Shown: positions 16,838-20,000 of the stretch, piece by piece | Layout: each line of letters opens with the position of its first letter | Numbering within the stretch: position 1 is the first letter of the stretch | Source: an uncultured virus (IMG/VR IMGVR_UViG_2061766007_000682) | Taxonomy: Duplodnaviria > Heunggongvirae > Uroviricota > Caudoviricetes | Direction: 5' to 3' (one strand) | DNA length: 20,000 nt | Virus record (IMG/VR): IMGVR_UViG_2061766007_000682 | Made by a program: the position numbers and the translations under genes | The notes under the pieces: generated by a model | The model's input: the letters and a program-made list of their open reading frames with translations, nothing else | Told to the model about the DNA's origin: nothing | Databases searched by the model: none

Positions 16838-19546
16838 TTACGTTACAAGATTTTATTAATTATATTGTAACTGGTGAAGAATCATTAATGCACTATGGAG
16901 TCGGTCATCTCGACGGGGGTCATTCCGGAAGATACCCGTGGGGTTCTGGAGATAATCCTGAACAGAGATCAAATAGTTTTTTAAAGTATGTTGATGAACA
17001 AAGAAAGAAAGGCTTGTCTATGAAAGACATCGCCGATGGTATGAAAATTACTCAGACAGAATTAAAACAGCGGATCTCAATTTCTAATATGGTTAGTCGT
17101 AAAGCTAAAAGAGAAAAAGTTATACAATTATATTCTGAAGGAAAAGGTGCAACCGAGATTGGTAGAATTCTTGGCATGAATGAATCTAGCGTAAGATCAC
17201 TTTTAAATGATAAACTTGATGCTAATTNNNNNNNNNNNNNNNNNNNNNNNNNNNNNNNNNNNNNNNNNNNNNNNNNNNNNNNNNNNNNNNNTATTTAGGT
17301 GTAACAAGAACTAAAATGGATACAGCTCTCCAACTTTTAAAAACAGAAGGTTATGGAATTGTTAAATTAGATGTTGACCAATTAAATGCACCAGGGCATA
17401 AGACTCATATGATGCTTCTTACCCCAAAGGGTATGACATGGGGTGAGGCTAAAGATGCATTATATTCTGGTAATGTTGCCCCAAGTGATGCGTCATTCCA
17501 CANNNNNNNNNNNNNNNNNNNNNNNNNNNNCGGAATTGAAAAACCGGTTTCTATATCATCGGATCGTGTTTATATTAAATATGACACAACCGGAGGTAAA
17601 GAAAAAGATGGCATGATTGAATTAAGACGTGGCGTTCCTGATTTAAATCTTGGCGAATCTAAATATGCACAGGTNNNNNNNNNNNNNNNNNNNNNNNNNN
17701 NNNNNNNNNNNNNNNNNNNNNNNNNNNNNNNNNNNNNNNNNNGATGGATATGATGTCATTTACAATACTAGCAAGCCTGCTGGTGCACCAAAAGAAAAAG
17801 TATTTAAATCAATGAAGGATGACCCTGATAATCCGTTTGGGGCCGTTATAAAAGCGAATGGCCAGTCACATTATGTAGATCCTAAGACTGGAGAAANNNN
17901 NNNNNNNNNNNNNNNNNNNNNNNNNNNNNNNNNNNNNNNNNNNNNNNAGAAACCTCGCTGCACAGTTCCTTTCTAAACAGAGCTGGGGTCTGGCAAAACA
18001 GCAACTTGATTTGGACTATGGGATAAGAAAAGATGATTTCGATGAGATTATGTCATATAATAATCCAAATGTTAAAAAGAAATTGCTACAATCTTTTGCT
18101 GATAATTGTGACTCAGCTGCCAATCAATTAAANNNNNNNNNNNNNNTCTTACCCGTGCCAAGTGTAAAAGAGGGAGAGATCTATGCCCCTAGATACAAAG
18201 ATGGTGAGACTGTTGTTTTAATTAGATATCCTCATGGAGGAACATTTGAAATACCAGAGTTAAAAGTAAACAATAATAACCGGGAGGCCAAACGTTTAAT
18301 CGGCGGGGATTCAATTGATGCTGTGGGTATTAATTTTAAAACAGCCCAGCAATTATCAGGAGCAGACTTTGATGGCGATACGGTTCTTGTTATTCCTAAT
18401 AACGATAAAAGAATAAGAAGTAAAGCACCATTGAAGGCTCTTGAAAACTTTGACCCATCTGAAGCTTACCCGGGGTATCCTGGTATGAAAGTGTGTAGCG
18501 AACAGAATAAACAAAAGATGATGGGCGTTGTTTCTAATTTGATCACCGATATGACAATTAAGGGTGCCAATGAAAATGAACTAGCCCGTGCTGTAAAACA
18601 TTCGATGGTTGTAATCGATTGTGTAAAGCATGAGCTGGATTACAAGCGGTCTTATGAAGAAAATGGCATATCGGAATTAATAAGAACATATCAGATGAAT
18701 CCTAATACTGGGCATGCTGGCGGAGCATCAACCTTGATTTCTAAAGCTAGTTCTGAAGCACGTATAGGAGAAAGAAAAGAAAGAGGAATCGATCCAGAGA
18801 CCGGAGCTATCAAGTATGTACCTACTTATAGAACATACACAGATAAAAATGGAAACATAGTCGAAGCAAAAATAAAGACTACAAAGATGGACATGGCGAA
18901 GGATGCCTACGAACTGACCTCCAACTACCCCGGTACCACTACCAAGATCGAGTCCGTCTATGCGGATTACGCTAATTCATTGAAAGCATTGGCTTTAGAG
19001 GCAAGAAAAGAGTCTGTAAAAATAAAAGCTAAACCATATTCTCAATCTGCAGCTAAGCTCTATGAAAATGAGGTAACTTCGCTTAAAGATAAGCTTAAAG
19101 ATGCAGAATCTAATGCTCCTCGTGAAAGAATGGCCCAAGTTTATGCAAATGCAGTGTACCGTTCTAAAAAAATGGACAACCCCTCTATGACTAATGATGA
19201 CAAGAAGAAGATCAAAACACAGGCTCTTGCTACAGGAAGAGTTCGTTACAAAGCTCAAAAGTCAAAGGTTGACATTACAGAAAAAGAATGGGATGCAATT
19301 CAAGCTGGTGCACTGTCTTCAACTCTTGTGGATCGAATATTAAATAACGCTGATCTTGATTTAGTAAAAGAATTTGCAATGCCAAAAAATAAAGGAAGAA
19401 ATACAGGCTTATCGCCAGCTAAAGAAGCTCGTATCCTGTCTCTTCTCAAAAATGGTTATACAATTGCAGATGTTGCTGAGCAGTTTGGCGTGTCCACATC
19501 AACGATTAGTAGGATCAAAGCTGGAAAAAATGGAGGTGAATCGTAA
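16834..19546 (+). CDS. single-subunit two-barrel (DPBB) RNA polymerase-like protein with HTH motifs (~900 aa; split by N gaps)
   Basis: Segments 16834-, 17292-, 17743-, 17948- each read without a stop up to the next gap; LIRYPH and LSGADFDGDTV (DFDGD 18365-18379); HTH-like GLSMKDIADGMKIT, GKGATEIGRILGMNESSVRSLL, GYTIADVAEQFGVSTSTISRI. Confidence 0.75.
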
Positions 19547-19891
19547 TGGCTTCTGAAAAAATGAAAAAATCAACGCCATCTATTGGTATTAATGATACCC
19601 AGTCGAAAAAAAATAGTCGGGATATCGTTGATAACAACCCCCATGATTGTATGTTAAGCACCATAGATAATCCTTTTGACCCCTATGATGNNNNNNNNNN
19701 NNNNNNNNNNNNNNNNNNATGACGAAGATCACGGGTACTATTCTGAATCATTACTGGCCCGTGTTTGTAAATCATCCGAAGCTATTAGCGATGAAGACAA
19801 TGCTGCTGCAATTGAAGAAGCTATTGATTCTATTGTTTCGTTAAACATTACAGGAAAGTTTATAAAACTTTTACCGCCAAACAAACGCTAA
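19546..19891 (+). CDS. conserved acidic phage hypothetical protein (gapped)
   Basis: ATG 19546 overlaps the RNAP stop, GGAGGT RBS; MLSTIDNPFDPYD-[gap]-DEDHGYYSESLLARV...IEEAIDSIV. Confidence 0.75.
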
Positions 19892-20000
19892 TGAATTATT
19901 GTTCTTACATTTGCATTTAGAATTAGTTTGTTTTGTATTTGTCTTTAACTTTTGTTATTAATTTCTTATAAGTATGTTGCTATACACAAATGTATTTCGT

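Noticed and set aside
11894..18146. Apparent frameshifts, introns or split genes in the polymerase and RNAP
   Set aside because: Every frame change coincides with an N gap of estimated length; no evidence for programmed frameshifting, introns or pseudogenes
802..19258. Minus-strand ORFs and short alternative-frame ORFs (e.g. 7177-7455, 8233-8514, 8777-9103, 14227-14700, 18995-19258)
   Set aside because: They lie within well-supported plus-strand genes and show no recognisable motifs; shadow ORFs
1..20000. Stop-codon reassignment
   Set aside because: Genes tile densely under the standard code, and TAA, TAG and TGA all end genes immediately before the next RBS/start
19892..20000. T-rich non-coding tail, possibly approaching a genome terminus
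   Set aside because: Truncated by the window; no hairpin, cos or repeat can be supported

Overview
All-plus-strand segment of a tailed dsDNA bacteriophage (or prophage) genome, AT-rich, with strong GGAGG ribosome-binding sites and many N gaps that break or frameshift real genes in the ORF track. 1-9.8 kb: dense small hypothetical early/accessory genes (several internal paralog families, zinc-finger and HTH proteins, two DUF6353-like genes) plus a gapped tRNA-like gene. 9.8-10.4 kb: non-coding, A-tract/iteron-like repeats (candidate origin). 10.4-16.8 kb: replication/recombination block: one probable ~1300-aa fusion of SF3 (D5-like) helicase, primase-like domain, 3'-5' exonuclease and family B DNA polymerase, then SSB, SF2 helicase, VRR-NUC nuclease and PD-(D/E)xK exonuclease. 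16.8-19.5 kb: a ~900-aa single-subunit two-barrel (DxDGD) RNA polymerase-like protein carrying three HTH motifs, then a conserved acidic hypothetical gene. From memory, this gene order resembles Rhodococcus Pepy6/Poco6, Arthrobacter AM/AU and Streptomyces BI phages and uncultured gut relatives (not verified by a search). Most interesting: the HTH-fused RNAP together with a 35-bp motif (CGCG-N3-AAATCTA-N3-ATATTATAGAAG-N-GGATA) found twice, each copy running into a hairpin and T-tract, a candidate self-contained phage transcription system.
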